Assembly: GCA_045106985.1 (NCBI GenBank)
Contig: JBGCFQ010000024.1
Coordinates: forward strand, 128,502-192,501
Source: Pseudomonadales bacterium
GTDB taxonomy: Bacteria > Pseudomonadota > Gammaproteobacteria > Pseudomonadales > JAUIET01
Length of the DNA: 64,000 nt
Reading direction: 5' to 3'
Positions 1-10,188 of this stretch are shown here, piece by piece. A program made the translations under genes and the position numbers. The notes beneath the pieces were generated by a model. The model did no database searches. It was not told the DNA's origin and saw only the letters and a program-made list of their open reading frames with translations. Within the stretch, counting starts at the first letter, position 1. Every line of letters begins with the position of its first letter.

Positions 1-1
1 T

Positions 2-850
2 GTCGATTTGTTTGAGCCCGTTATTGTTGTCAGCTTATTCGCAGAACGTGACGACGAATTCTTGCTGGCGTTAGCAACCCGCATTACTGAAACTGTTTCT
101 CAATCGGCCAATGCTCAACGGTTTCCCAACGTGCTTTTCCATCATCGCTCACGAAAGCCTTGTGTGATAGAAGCCGTCAGAGGAAGTGTACCTTCATCAC
201 TGAATGCCAGCGAGAATGGTAAGAATTTCGAATTAAACATGAGCGGTAACCAGAATCTGGGATTCTTTCTGGATGCGAGGCCTGCGCGCGATTGGCTACT
301 TGGGCATTGCGAGGGCGCCAAGGTGCTGAATTTGTTCGCATACACCTGCGCTTTTTCTGTTGCGGCCGTAGCGGGTGGCGCGGCCCGCGTCGTTAACAAT
401 GACATGAGTCGTAACGCGCTTCGAGTAGGAGAAAGAAATCACCGCGCCAATTTTAGTGAGCAAGAACTAGCGGATAACCGAGTGAAATTCATGCCGTACG
501 AGATGTTTCGCTCGGTGTCCCGGCTTGCGAAAAATGGTCCTTTCGATATTATTATTGTCGACCCGCCCAGTTTTCAGCCGGGCAGCTTTGTAGCGAAGTC
601 CGACTACGCCAAACTGGTGCGTAAATTACCTCGTTTGTTACGTCGTGGTGGAAAGGTACTTACGATGCTTAACGCACCAAATTTGCCACCTGAGTTTCTT
701 CAGGAAACGTACACCGCCAACTTCCCTGAACTGAAATTTATTCAGAGTTTGGATAATTCGACAGATTTCCCGGACGCGGACACAGAGCGAAGCTTGAAGA
801 TGATGGTGTATGAATGTCAGCGTCTGTTAGCAGTCTCGTCGACTGACTGA
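2..850 (+). CDS. class I SAM-dependent RNA methyltransferase (RlmI/YccW-like), 5'-truncated by window edge
   Basis: The frame is open from base 2 with no upstream stop. It has a Rossmann/SAM-binding stretch 'VLNLFAYTCAFSVAAVAGGA', 'NDMS' and the 'IIIVDPPSF' motif typical of RlmI-type methyltransferases. The N-terminal PUA-like part is missing. Confidence 0.6.
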   Translation, partial: VDLFEPVIVVSLFAERDDEFLLALATRITETVSQSANAQRFPNVLFHHRSRKPCVIEAVRGSVPSSLNASENGKNFELNMSGNQNLGFFLDARPARDWLLGHCEGAKVLNLFAYTCAFSVAAVAGGAARVVNNDMSRNALRVGERNHRANFSEQELADNRVKFMPYEMFRSVSRLAKNGPFDIIIVDPPSFQPGSFVAKSDYAKLVRKLPRLLRRGGKVLTMLNAPNLPPEFLQETYTANFPELKFIQSLDNSTDFPDADTERSLKMMVYECQRLLAVSSTD

Positions 851-2292
851 TTGCGTTTTGACCATGCCTGCCATAGGTAAGCCAGTAGAGGTAAACTGCT
901 TAAACCAAATGCAAACATCTTGGCCAAAGCTTCTACAAGTACCGGCATCATCGTAGCTTCAATCGACAGCTTATGATCTATTAAGAGACAACAAGCAACG
1001 CCGTAAGTGATTGGCCAGCTTATGTCCCAGAGCGTTTTAGCGTTGGCGCTGCTTGCCCTATCCAGTAACCGAAATGTGTAGCTCAGTATTGCAATAGCGG
1101 ATACAACTCCCATGCCAGATGCGACCCAGCTTACGGCTTCAACGCTGCCACCATTACTGATCGTCAGATAGACGGCTGCAATGTTAAGCAACAGTAGGGC
1201 AAGGCCAATCTGCATCTGCTGTCTTTGCTTTTCGAAGGCCAACAGCAAAGGATGAGATAAGGACCAAATAGATTGAAAGAAGATGCCTAGCAAGGCTATG
1301 CGAATTACATCGAGTGCGGGGAGGTAGTTGGGCAACACATACACTAGCATTGGTTCTAGCGCGAAATAGGTCAACCCAAGCAAGATAGGAACGCCAACAC
1401 AAATAAGTTTGAGCGGCTCAAAAAATAAATGTTCTATCTCCTGGCGGCTGGCTCCACCACTATGACGCTCCATCATTCTGGGGAACAAGGCTGATGCCAG
1501 CGCAACCGGAATCTGGGTGACCGTCATGGCGACGAAATTAGAAATCGCATAGTAGCCCGACGCAGTGGCGCCAATAAAGGCATACACCAGAAACTGATCT
1601 GCGGCCCGAAGAAAGAAAAATAGAGCTGCGCCCACCATAACGGGCAGCCCACTGCTTACCAGTTTTGCTGCCAAAGGCCTGTTAAAGTGTGTGCTAAAAC
1701 TTATGCGGCCATTTTTTAATACAAAGAGTACGGCCAAAATATGAGTTAGCACTAAGCCCCACAACATTTCTGTGAGCCCCCAAAAATAGACCGCTACGAG
1801 ACTGAACAGACTGTTCAATAGGGCGTAGATGAGCAAGTATCGAGCGAGGAAATAGAAATCCTTATGCGCCAGGAGTTGCCTAGGGATGTGATAGGTCACA
1901 ACAGAGAGCATCATCACTATTAAGCTAATACGTAGTTCCGCGCCAATGTTAGAAAGCGCAGGCGTAAAGCTTAAGATAAGCAGTACGGTAGAGCTTGCGA
2001 AGGTAACCAAGAGCGCAAGGTTTAATGAGGTGCTTTGTAGAGAGTGCTGCTCGCGACTGCCCTTATTCATCGCTATTTCGCGCAATAGGGCGTGAGATGC
2101 TCCCAGGTTGGCGAAAGCGGTGCTATCTTGCAAACTCTTCAGCACGCTCCAGATACCGTAAATTTCTGGTTGCAGAAGTGCGGCAACACCTAACCCGCGC
2201 ACAAGAAAAATCACCCGGCACAAATAATTGCTGCCAGAAAGAGTCAGGGCCTCTTTCGCTATTTCAGTGGATTCGTTTTCTTGGCCGCTCAT
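817..2292 (-). CDS. polytopic membrane protein, MOP/Wzx-like polysaccharide flippase family
   Basis: 491 aa and almost entirely hydrophobic helices (about 12-14), with the overall look of 'polysaccharide biosynthesis protein'/oligosaccharide flippases. Its 3' end overlaps the convergent methyltransferase by 34 nt. Confidence 0.55.
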   Translation of the reverse strand: MSGQENESTEIAKEALTLSGSNYLCRVIFLVRGLGVAALLQPEIYGIWSVLKSLQDSTAFANLGASHALLREIAMNKGSREQHSLQSTSLNLALLVTFASSTVLLILSFTPALSNIGAELRISLIVMMLSVVTYHIPRQLLAHKDFYFLARYLLIYALLNSLFSLVAVYFWGLTEMLWGLVLTHILAVLFVLKNGRISFSTHFNRPLAAKLVSSGLPVMVGAALFFFLRAADQFLVYAFIGATASGYYAISNFVAMTVTQIPVALASALFPRMMERHSGGASRQEIEHLFFEPLKLICVGVPILLGLTYFALEPMLVYVLPNYLPALDVIRIALLGIFFQSIWSLSHPLLLAFEKQRQQMQIGLALLLLNIAAVYLTISNGGSVEAVSWVASGMGVVSAIAILSYTFRLLDRASSANAKTLWDISWPITYGVACCLLIDHKLSIEATMMPVLVEALAKMFAFGLSSLPLLAYLWQAWSKRNQSVDETANRR

Positions 2293-2468
2293 GCCTGTGT
2301 TTCGACTGTGGTTCAGGACTTAGGCCTGAAGATCTATCTAGTCACTAAGCATAGCTCATGCATTCGACATTAAATTCATCAATGTGCTGCAGTGGCGTGG
2401 AGAGTTTAGATCGTGGTTTATTGAAGTTACTTCGACGAAGTACCTTAGTTAAAGCTCCGTTGCCAGTC

Positions 2469-2858
2469 CTACTTTACCAGGCCAAAGGGAGTTTTAGCAG
2501 TGCTCGTGCTCTTATGCTCTGATGCACTTAAGTACTCAAAACTGGTGGTAGTCAACTTTGATTGTAGAAAATGATACAGCTCAGGTGTGTACTTTTTTTC
2601 GTAGTTCAAATTAAGTACTCGATTACCATAGTTTTCATCCAACGTGAGGCTGATGTGGCCTGGGGTCACAACGGCCTGACGAATACTGCTTTTCTGAATG
2701 CTGAACTGTCTCGCCATGGCGCTGCGCTGAAACTTTAGAACATTGCCATTAATCTTTAAGCTCTTAAAGGGGTTGCCAGGCATCATGCCTAGAAAGTACT
2801 CCACGACGAACAATAATATTAACAGGGCAATCGCAATTTGGATTTGGTCGGGCATCAC
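2469..2858 (-). CDS. hypothetical small membrane-anchored protein
   Basis: 129-aa ORF with a single N-terminal hydrophobic helix (IAIALLILLFVVEYFLGMM). I recognise no motif, and it has no competing ORF. Confidence 0.35.
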   Translation of the reverse strand: MMPDQIQIAIALLILLFVVEYFLGMMPGNPFKSLKINGNVLKFQRSAMARQFSIQKSSIRQAVVTPGHISLTLDENYGNRVLNLNYEKKYTPELYHFLQSKLTTTSFEYLSASEHKSTSTAKTPFGLVK

Positions 2859-3261
2859 ACCGGTCTCTGCAGTTGTGTTTATTGCACAGAATTATGTCAT
2901 CGCCTTCACGAAAATGCAGCTATAAACATTGTATAAATAACGCTCTATCTGTTTGATTAGTATGCAGAAAATGTTTTTTTGCTGGCTTTGTGATCGAGTT
3001 GGCGTTTTTGTGCCCAGTCGCATGTGTGGCGGCCAAACCACAAGCGTAGCGCTAGCCCGCCTGGAACAGCTTAAGTCCCTTTGCTTCGCTACGCGACAGC
3101 TCCGCTGTTCCCTCTCTCCCAAAAATGCCCTTCTTTGAACGTCATTTTTTCTCGATCGGTCGCATCGTTTAATCTACGCAAACGGAATTATGCCATTTCA
3201 GGCTCATTCTGCCGCAAGACCGCAGCGAAATGCATGGCGGCTTGTGGGCCGTATTGAACCA

Positions 3262-4041
3262 CTAAGTTGCGTTTTGCGCGCCATAGATGGCCGGTATTTC
3301 GCCACCGCCATGAACTTCTATGCTGGTACCTGTTACAAAGCTGGACAGAGGTGAGGCAAGGTATAGGCAAGCCTTTCCTATGTCGGCCGGAACGGCCATT
3401 CGCTGCAGTGGAATAGTGCGTCCAACCGCATCAATTCCTTCCTGGTCGCCGTAATGCAGATGGCTTTGCTCAGTTTCTATCAAGCCCGCAGTTATCGCGT
3501 TAATACGTACCTTAGGCCCCCATTCAACGGCAAGTGACGTACAAAGGTTGATTAGTCCAGCTTTTGCAGCTCCATAGGCTGCTGTACCAGGCGACGGTCG
3601 AATAGCGCTTACGCTCGCTATGTTGATAATTGAGCCGCCTTCTGGCTGAGCTTGCATAACGGCATTGGCCGCTTGAGCAAAAGTAAATGGGGCAATCAGG
3701 TTTAACTTAACGATGGACTCGTTAAAGCGAGGTGATACGGTAGCTGAGTCGGCATGCGGTGTACCGCCGGCGTTGTTCACCAGTGCATCCAGCCGACCAA
3801 ACTTTTTCATCGTAAAGTCCACGCACGCTTGAATCGAATCAGGGTCTTTAACATCACATTCCTTAAACAGGGCGCTTTTACCATCGTAGGACGGCAGTGA
3901 GTCAGGCGCGCTGCGACTACAAACCACGACGTTTGCCCCAGCTTCGAGAAAAATTTCTGCTATCCCTTTGCCTACGCCCCTAGTACCTCCAGTGACAATT
4001 ACGACCTTATCAGTCATATCAATGCTGTTTAGAATGTTCAT
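3262..4041 (-). CDS. short-chain dehydrogenase/reductase (SDR) family oxidoreductase
   Basis: Contains 'VVIVTGGTRGVGKGIA' (TGxxxGxG), 'NNAG', and the catalytic 'YGAAKAG' (YxxxK). Length is 259 aa. Confidence 0.85.
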   Translation of the reverse strand: MNILNSIDMTDKVVIVTGGTRGVGKGIAEIFLEAGANVVVCSRSAPDSLPSYDGKSALFKECDVKDPDSIQACVDFTMKKFGRLDALVNNAGGTPHADSATVSPRFNESIVKLNLIAPFTFAQAANAVMQAQPEGGSIINIASVSAIRPSPGTAAYGAAKAGLINLCTSLAVEWGPKVRINAITAGLIETEQSHLHYGDQEGIDAVGRTIPLQRMAVPADIGKACLYLASPLSSFVTGTSIEVHGGGEIPAIYGAQNAT

Positions 4042-4259
4042 ATGGTGTGTTTACCGTTATCCATCAAATCGCCTGCAAAGGGTATTGAGGCTTGAAATTT
4101 TGTAGTCTGACCCCATTATAGATGTCTATTCGGTCATTAGACCAACCCCTGTGGGCTTGAAACAATTGATGCTCACCGATTACACTGCCCGCCGCTTTGG
4201 CGCTCTACTTTTTATTGAGTGTTTATCCGCACCTTGCGGCAATCACATGAGGTTCTTAC

Positions 4260-4934
4260 ATGACAGATTCATTACCAACTATCGCAATTCTCGGTGGCAC
4301 TGGCGCTCTCGGCACTGGTTTGGCCAGACGCTGGACCCAAGCCGGCTACAAGGTGATTATAGGTTCGCGTACAGAAGAGAAAGCTCAGGCCGCATTAGCA
4401 GATTTGGAAGAAGTAATGCTAGAGCGCGGCGCTTCAGCGAGTGCTGTGCAGGCGATGGAAAACCTTGCAGCAAGCGAAAAGGCTGACATAGTGGTGCTAA
4501 CCGTACCTTTCAGTCATCAACTTAGCACTTTGGATTACGTGAAGCCTGCGTTGCAAGGCAAAATTTTGATTGATGTAACCGTTCCTCTCGTTCCACCAAA
4601 AGTCGCAAGGGTGCAGTTGCCAGAATCAGGTTCGGCCGGTGCTGGTGCGCAAGCCGCTTTAGGAGAGGGTGTTCGTGTTGTGTCTGCGTTTCAGAATGTA
4701 GCAGCCCACCATTTGCAAGAAGGTCAGGGCATGGATTGTGACGTTCTGGTAACCGGCGACAACGTAGACGCGCGAAGCGAAGTAATCGCGCTCGTGGAAG
4801 CGGCGGGTATGCGAGGCTTTCACGCGGGGCCAATTGATAACGCAGCTGCCGCAGAGGCACTCACTAGCATTCTGATAAGCATAAACAAGCGCTACAAGTG
4901 CCACGCTGGTATACGTATTACGGGGTTGGAATAG
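4260..4934 (+). CDS. npdG: NADPH-dependent F420 reductase
   Basis: N-terminal 'IAILGGTGALGTGLARRWTQAGYKVIIGSR' dinucleotide fold. The 224-aa size, the family look and the position at the head of the cof/fbi genes all fit. Confidence 0.75.
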   Translation: MTDSLPTIAILGGTGALGTGLARRWTQAGYKVIIGSRTEEKAQAALADLEEVMLERGASASAVQAMENLAASEKADIVVLTVPFSHQLSTLDYVKPALQGKILIDVTVPLVPPKVARVQLPESGSAGAGAQAALGEGVRVVSAFQNVAAHHLQEGQGMDCDVLVTGDNVDARSEVIALVEAAGMRGFHAGPIDNAAAAEALTSILISINKRYKCHAGIRITGLE

Positions 4935-4985
4935 GCGCTTAGAAATAGCGCGCTCAGTCGTTCCACTAAATAGTTAGTTATCATT

Positions 4986-5765
4986 ATGGGCAAAAGCAGT
5001 CGGCGTTTGGAGTTAATTGCTCTCGATGGTTATCCCTTGGTAGAGCCGGGCGACAATGTCGCGGCGCAAATTATTCAAGCGTTGACCAGCAATGATCTGT
5101 CACTTGAAGCTGGTGATGTAGTTGCCATTGCGCAGAAAATTATCTCAAAGGCGGAAGACCGTTATTGCACGCTTAGCGACGTAGAACCCAATGAGGATGC
5201 AAAGACTCTAGCTAAGCAGGTTGATAAAGACCCGCGGCTTGTGCAATTAATTCTGGATGAGTCGAATGAAGTTGTACGAACTCGACCAGGTGTTCTGATC
5301 GTTGAGCACAGGCTGGGCTTGGTTCATGCGAATGCGGGAATCGATCAATCCAATATTCAAACGTCAGACGAACAGCCTCGTGCGTTGTTGCTGCCGCTTA
5401 ATCCTGACGCAAGTGCAAGAGAGCTGCAAAATCAACTTTTTACGGCGACAGGAAAAGACGTTTATGTACTCATCAACGACAGTGCAGGCCGTGCCTGGCG
5501 CAATGGCACCAGCGGAATCGCTATTGGCTCGGCGGGTTTCGAGACACTCGAGGACTTGATTGGCGGCTTTGACATGTTTGGCAATGAACTTCGAGTAACC
5601 ACGGTTGGTGTTGCCGACGAGTTAGCGGCAGCTGCGTCTTTTATGATGGGGCAAGCGGCTGAAGCGACGCCAGTAGTGTTGATTCGTGGAGCTCAGTTAA
5701 CAAGTAGCCAAACATCGGGAGCCCGCGACTTAGTGCGCGACAAGCAGCTTGATTTGTTTCGCTGA
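4986..5765 (+). CDS. cofE: coenzyme F420-0:L-glutamate ligase (stand-alone CofE, no FbiB C-terminal domain)
   Basis: 'LIALDGYPLVEPGDNVA...VAIAQKIISKAEDR...HANAGIDQSN...DSAGRAWRNG' matches the CofE/F420 ligase family pattern. It is only 259 aa. Confidence 0.85.
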   Translation: MGKSSRRLELIALDGYPLVEPGDNVAAQIIQALTSNDLSLEAGDVVAIAQKIISKAEDRYCTLSDVEPNEDAKTLAKQVDKDPRLVQLILDESNEVVRTRPGVLIVEHRLGLVHANAGIDQSNIQTSDEQPRALLLPLNPDASARELQNQLFTATGKDVYVLINDSAGRAWRNGTSGIAIGSAGFETLEDLIGGFDMFGNELRVTTVGVADELAAAASFMMGQAAEATPVVLIRGAQLTSSQTSGARDLVRDKQLDLFR

Positions 5766-5827
5766 GCAAATGGCCGTTCAATGGCTGAGGATATAAGTGA
5801 GTAAGTGTCGTGTTAAGTAGTAGCGGT

Positions 5828-6772
5828 ATGCAGGGTGTTTTAGCGCTCAGCGGAGGCGTGGGCGGAGCCAAGCTTGCAGCTGGTTTGGCCGCTGCTTTGC
5901 CCGCCGAATTACTTACAATTGTGGCCAATACCGGCGACGATTTTCAGCATTTTGGTTTTCATATCGCTCCCGATCTCGATAGTGTTATGTATGCGTTGGC
6001 AGGTGAAAATGACCGAAAGCGTGGCTGGGGGCTCGCCGACGAAAGTTGGCAATTTATGGAGGCTCTCGCAGCCGTTGGCGGTGAAACCTGGTTTCGCTTG
6101 GGTGACCGGGATTTGGCAACGCATGTGCAGCGTACGGCATTGCTGAACAGTGGCCTCGGTCTGGAGGCAGCCACACAGGGTTTATGTGAGCAGCTGGGCA
6201 TTCAGCACAGGCTTATTCCAATGACAGACCAGGCTGTAAGAACCATTGTTCAAACCAAAGAAGGCGATCTCGAATTTCAACAGTATTTTGTAGCCCACCA
6301 GTGTGAGCCCAAGGTAAAGGGCTTTTACTTCGACGGCATCGGCAAAGCGCTTCCCAACAAGGCTATTGGTGCTGATTTGCAAGCCGAACGCTACCGGGCT
6401 GTGATCATTTGTCCGTCAAACCCCTTTGTTAGCGTTGATCCTATTCTGCGCTTAGAAGGCGTGCAGCAGGCGCTAAGATCTTTCAGTGGTCCTCGCGTTG
6501 CTGTCTCACCGATTGTGGGTGGCAAAGCACTAAAGGGCCCCGCGGCAAAGATGATGAAAGAGCTATCTATGCCCAGCGACGCCTTGGGTGTGGCTCACTA
6601 TTACAAGGGGCTACTAAGTCATTTTGTAATTGATCATGTGGACGCGCATTTAACGCCGGCTATTGAAGAGCTGGGTTTAAAAGTGATCTGTACGAATAGT
6701 GTGATGCGCTCAATTGAAGATCAGCAGCAGCTGGCCATTGAAATATTGGAAGAGATAAACGGTGCTGGGTAA
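5828..6772 (+). CDS. cofD: 2-phospho-L-lactate (LPPG:FO) transferase
   Basis: 'VLALSGGVGGAKLAAGL...IVANTGDDFQHFGFHIAPDLDSVMYALAG' is the characteristic CofD N-terminus. I prefer the ATG at 5828; an alternative GTG lies at 5810. Confidence 0.9.
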   Translation: MQGVLALSGGVGGAKLAAGLAAALPAELLTIVANTGDDFQHFGFHIAPDLDSVMYALAGENDRKRGWGLADESWQFMEALAAVGGETWFRLGDRDLATHVQRTALLNSGLGLEAATQGLCEQLGIQHRLIPMTDQAVRTIVQTKEGDLEFQQYFVAHQCEPKVKGFYFDGIGKALPNKAIGADLQAERYRAVIICPSNPFVSVDPILRLEGVQQALRSFSGPRVAVSPIVGGKALKGPAAKMMKELSMPSDALGVAHYYKGLLSHFVIDHVDAHLTPAIEELGLKVICTNSVMRSIEDQQQLAIEILEEINGAG

Positions 6773-7412
6773 GGTGTGCGCAGTGGTGCCTTTTCGCTCC
6801 TTTTCCAGCGGTAAACAGCGTTTAAGTGCTGCTATGACCAACGAAAGCCGCAGCTTGTTTGTTGAAGCCATGCTAGAAGATACGCTGCGCGCCTTACTGG
6901 GCAGCACACAGCTCGATCGTGTACTTGTACTGAGCAACGACAAAGCAGCAGCAGCCCTGGCGCGTGAGCTTGGCGCAGTCTGCGTGGCCGAGCCAGCGGG
7001 GACGGCTGGCCTGAATGCTGTAGTGCAGGCGACGGCAAATGAATTGAGCCCCTTTTACGACAGCTTGTTAGTGGTACACGGTGATTTGCCACTTTTGCAG
7101 ACAGCAGAAGTAGATCAGCTGATAACCGCACATAAAGAGCTTAAGCAAGCCCCAGGACTTAGCATAGTGCCTGATCGTCATGGCCAGGGCAGCAATTGCG
7201 TTCTAGTGTCACCCCCGAATGCGCTACGCTTTCATTACGGTGCGGGAAGTTTGCCAAAACATCTGGCTTTCGCCAAACAGCACGGCATACTGTCACAGAC
7301 TGTAGAACTGACCGGTGCTGGATTGGATATCGATGTGCCGGATGATCTTGCTGCTCTGCGCGCGCATGAATATTTATCTCTTGCGGTTCGCGTTTCAGCC
7401 GTATTGGAGTAG
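6762..7412 (+). CDS. cofC: 2-phospho-L-lactate/PEP guanylyltransferase
   Basis: 'AVVPFRSFSSGKQRL' and 'VVHGDLPLL' are typical of CofC/FbiD. The GTG start overlaps the cofD stop (alternative GTG at 6774). Confidence 0.75.
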   Translation: MLGKVCAVVPFRSFSSGKQRLSAAMTNESRSLFVEAMLEDTLRALLGSTQLDRVLVLSNDKAAAALARELGAVCVAEPAGTAGLNAVVQATANELSPFYDSLLVVHGDLPLLQTAEVDQLITAHKELKQAPGLSIVPDRHGQGSNCVLVSPPNALRFHYGAGSLPKHLAFAKQHGILSQTVELTGAGLDIDVPDDLAALRAHEYLSLAVRVSAVLE

Positions 7413-7423
7413 TTGGAGTTTTT

Positions 7424-9964
7424 TTGGACGTTAAAAACGGTAGCAAACAACTGGCTCGGTTTTCGAGCCTTACGGATACAGATTGCATCGATGGTCTGAG
7501 CAATGATGTCGCGTTGCAGTTGGTGCAGGCCACGGATTACGACGCTTTGCTTGCGCGTGCTGCGTCATTACGTGACATGCAGTTTGGCAGCCTTGTTACC
7601 TACTCGCGCAAAGTGTTTATCCCTCTAACGTATCTATGTAGAGACGTTTGTCATTACTGCACCTTTGCCCAAACACCGAAAAAAATAGAACACGCCTACA
7701 TGCCGGTTGATGAGGTCATCGAACAGGTAAAGCGTGCCGAAAAACAGGGTTGCAAAGAAGCGCTGTTTACTCTGGGTGAAAAACCCGAGCTGCGTTACAA
7801 GGCGGCTAGAGACGCATTGCAGGAATTAGGTTATAGCAGCACGATAGAGTATCTCGCGGCAGTAGCTCAGCGAGTTAGAGATGAGACGACTGTTTTGCCG
7901 CACCTTAATCCTGGTTGTATGAGCACTGAGGAGCTGCAACTGCTGCGTCCCGTTGCCGCGTCAATGGGCATAATGCTGGAAAGCTCGGCCGATCGCTTAA
8001 GCGAAAAAGGCATGCCTCATTACGGGTCGCCCGATAAATTACCCGAAACACGTTTAGCAGCTATCGCCAGAGCGGGCGAAGCCCAAATTCCTTTTACAAC
8101 AGGCATATTGATTGGTATTGGTGAGAACCGAATTGAGCGAATTCAATCATTGTTAGATATTCGTCAATTGCACGGCCGATTCGGGCATATTCAAGAAGTT
8201 ATTATTCAGAACTTTCGCGCTAAGCCCGGTACTTTAATGCATGAGGCCCCGGAGCCAGATCTTGATGAGCTGCTGTGGACGATAGCAATGGCCCGATTGA
8301 TTTTTGGCCCAGAGATGAGCATTCAGGCTCCTCCAAATCTCAGCCCAGGTGTTTTGCCTCAGCTAGTGGCCGCCGGTATTAATGACTGGGGTGGCGTGTC
8401 GCCGGTTACGCCCGATTTTGTGAACCCGGAAGCGCCGTGGCCGCATCTCGACAAGCTGCGGAGTGAGACCGCTCAGGCTGGCAAGTTACTGCATGAGCGG
8501 CTTACGATCTACCCCGCATATGCTAAAGATGCCGAGCGCTGGTTGGACGCCGCCATGCGCGCGCCTGTGCTTCAACTCCTCGATGCCCAAGGATTACCGC
8601 GCACGGACGAATGGATGACCGGCGCTGCGAATGCCGAGCTTCCTGCTAACGATGTTGCCCTGTTGCAGAAATCAGACAGAGCGCATAGGTCACGGCAAGA
8701 TTCCACTGCACAGCTAGAAAACCTGGATATCGATACGCCTCAACTTCAGGTCAGTCAACAGCTAAGAGACATAGTAGCGACTGCCCGTGCAGGCAAGGTC
8801 TTGACCGAGCAGCAAATAGTGAGGTTGTTCGAAGCTCGAGGTGCTGAGTTTCAGTTTGTTACAGCTGAGGCCGATAAACTGCGTGCCGAGGTCGTTGGCG
8901 ATACCGTTAGTTATGTGGTTACCCGTAACATTAACTACACCAATATCTGTTATTTCAAATGCCAGTTTTGTGCCTTTTCGAAAGGTAAGCTCAGTGAGAA
9001 CCTAAGGGGGCGGCCTTATGACTTGAGCGAAGAAGAAATAGCGCGAAGGGTTAGCGAAGCCTGGGAGCGTGGCGCAACGGAAGTCTGCATGCAGGGTGGG
9101 ATACATCCGGAGTATACGGGTGCCAAATACCTTGATATCTGCCGAATAGTAAAGCAAGCCGCACCAGACATGCACATCCATGCCTTTTCGCCGCTTGAAG
9201 TTTGGCAAGGTGCTGCAACCCTGGGAATAAGTTCCAAGGAGTTCCTTGCTCAGCTCAAAGACGCTGGTTTGTCTACTTTGCCAGGTACGGCCGCTGAAAT
9301 ACTTGATGATGAAGTGCGCGCCATTATTTGCCCGGACAAAATCAATACTGCGCAGTGGTTGCAGCTAATTGAAGAAGCGCATGAGCTGGGTATGCGAACC
9401 ACTGCGACGATTATGTTCGGTCATGTAGATGGCTATCAACATTGGGCTAGGCATATGCTCCGTGTTCGGGAAGTACAAGAGCGCACTGGCGGGTTCACCG
9501 AGTTTGTTCCTCTCCCGTTCGTTGCGAGCGAAGCCCCGATGTATTTAAAGGGTAAGGCTCGCCGTGGGCCAACATTTAGAGAGTGCATTTTGATGCATGC
9601 CGTTGCACGTCTGGTTTTCAATGGCCAGATCGACAATATTCAGGCCTCTTGGGTCAAGCTGGGACATGACGGCGTGCAGCATTGCTTGAACGCGGGCGTC
9701 AATGATCTTGGCGGCACTTTGATGAACGAAACGATTACGCGTTCAGCTGGAGCCGATCACGGCCAAGAGACTGGCCCAGAGATGATGGAGTCTTTGATAA
9801 GATCGGCTGGTCGCGAACCGAGGTTGCGCAATACCTTGTACGACGATGCTGATTTGGAACGCCGAGCTGCGGCTTTCGTGGCTCCTGAACTTATTGCTGT
9901 CAGCAACACCACACCTGGCAAATCGGCTCGACTTCAAAAGCCTGAGCTGTTCCGCAATATTTAG
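7424..9964 (+). CDS. fbiC: bifunctional FO synthase (CofG+CofH fusion)
   Basis: Two radical-SAM cysteine triads, 'CRDVCHYCTF' and 'CYFKCQFCAF', sit in one 846-aa protein. The start codon is uncertain: a TTG at 7424, with no in-frame ATG nearby. Confidence 0.9.
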   Translation: MDVKNGSKQLARFSSLTDTDCIDGLSNDVALQLVQATDYDALLARAASLRDMQFGSLVTYSRKVFIPLTYLCRDVCHYCTFAQTPKKIEHAYMPVDEVIEQVKRAEKQGCKEALFTLGEKPELRYKAARDALQELGYSSTIEYLAAVAQRVRDETTVLPHLNPGCMSTEELQLLRPVAASMGIMLESSADRLSEKGMPHYGSPDKLPETRLAAIARAGEAQIPFTTGILIGIGENRIERIQSLLDIRQLHGRFGHIQEVIIQNFRAKPGTLMHEAPEPDLDELLWTIAMARLIFGPEMSIQAPPNLSPGVLPQLVAAGINDWGGVSPVTPDFVNPEAPWPHLDKLRSETAQAGKLLHERLTIYPAYAKDAERWLDAAMRAPVLQLLDAQGLPRTDEWMTGAANAELPANDVALLQKSDRAHRSRQDSTAQLENLDIDTPQLQVSQQLRDIVATARAGKVLTEQQIVRLFEARGAEFQFVTAEADKLRAEVVGDTVSYVVTRNINYTNICYFKCQFCAFSKGKLSENLRGRPYDLSEEEIARRVSEAWERGATEVCMQGGIHPEYTGAKYLDICRIVKQAAPDMHIHAFSPLEVWQGAATLGISSKEFLAQLKDAGLSTLPGTAAEILDDEVRAIICPDKINTAQWLQLIEEAHELGMRTTATIMFGHVDGYQHWARHMLRVREVQERTGGFTEFVPLPFVASEAPMYLKGKARRGPTFRECILMHAVARLVFNGQIDNIQASWVKLGHDGVQHCLNAGVNDLGGTLMNETITRSAGADHGQETGPEMMESLIRSAGREPRLRNTLYDDADLERRAAAFVAPELIAVSNTTPGKSARLQKPELFRNI

Positions 9965-10188
9965 AAATGTTCGCGTTCATCCGGTCAATTCTTTAGCTGA
10001 CTCTCAGACTCTGCACCATGCCCTTGTAAAAGCGCCCTCACGGCTTTGTCGGGCTAATAGTGCTCAATGTAGCTGATTACTCTCAATTCAGATTACCGGC
10101 AACACGATCAATAGAAACTCAGCGCCTGATCACGTAAGATTAACGGATAGTTAAGTTACACCGATTTGACCAAAGCGGAGATTTTCAA

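Noticed and set aside
4151-4486. 111-aa + strand ORF overlapping the npdG start in another frame
   Set aside because: It is Arg/Cys-rich with non-protein-like composition. The npdG frame carries the dinucleotide-binding motif and explains the region.
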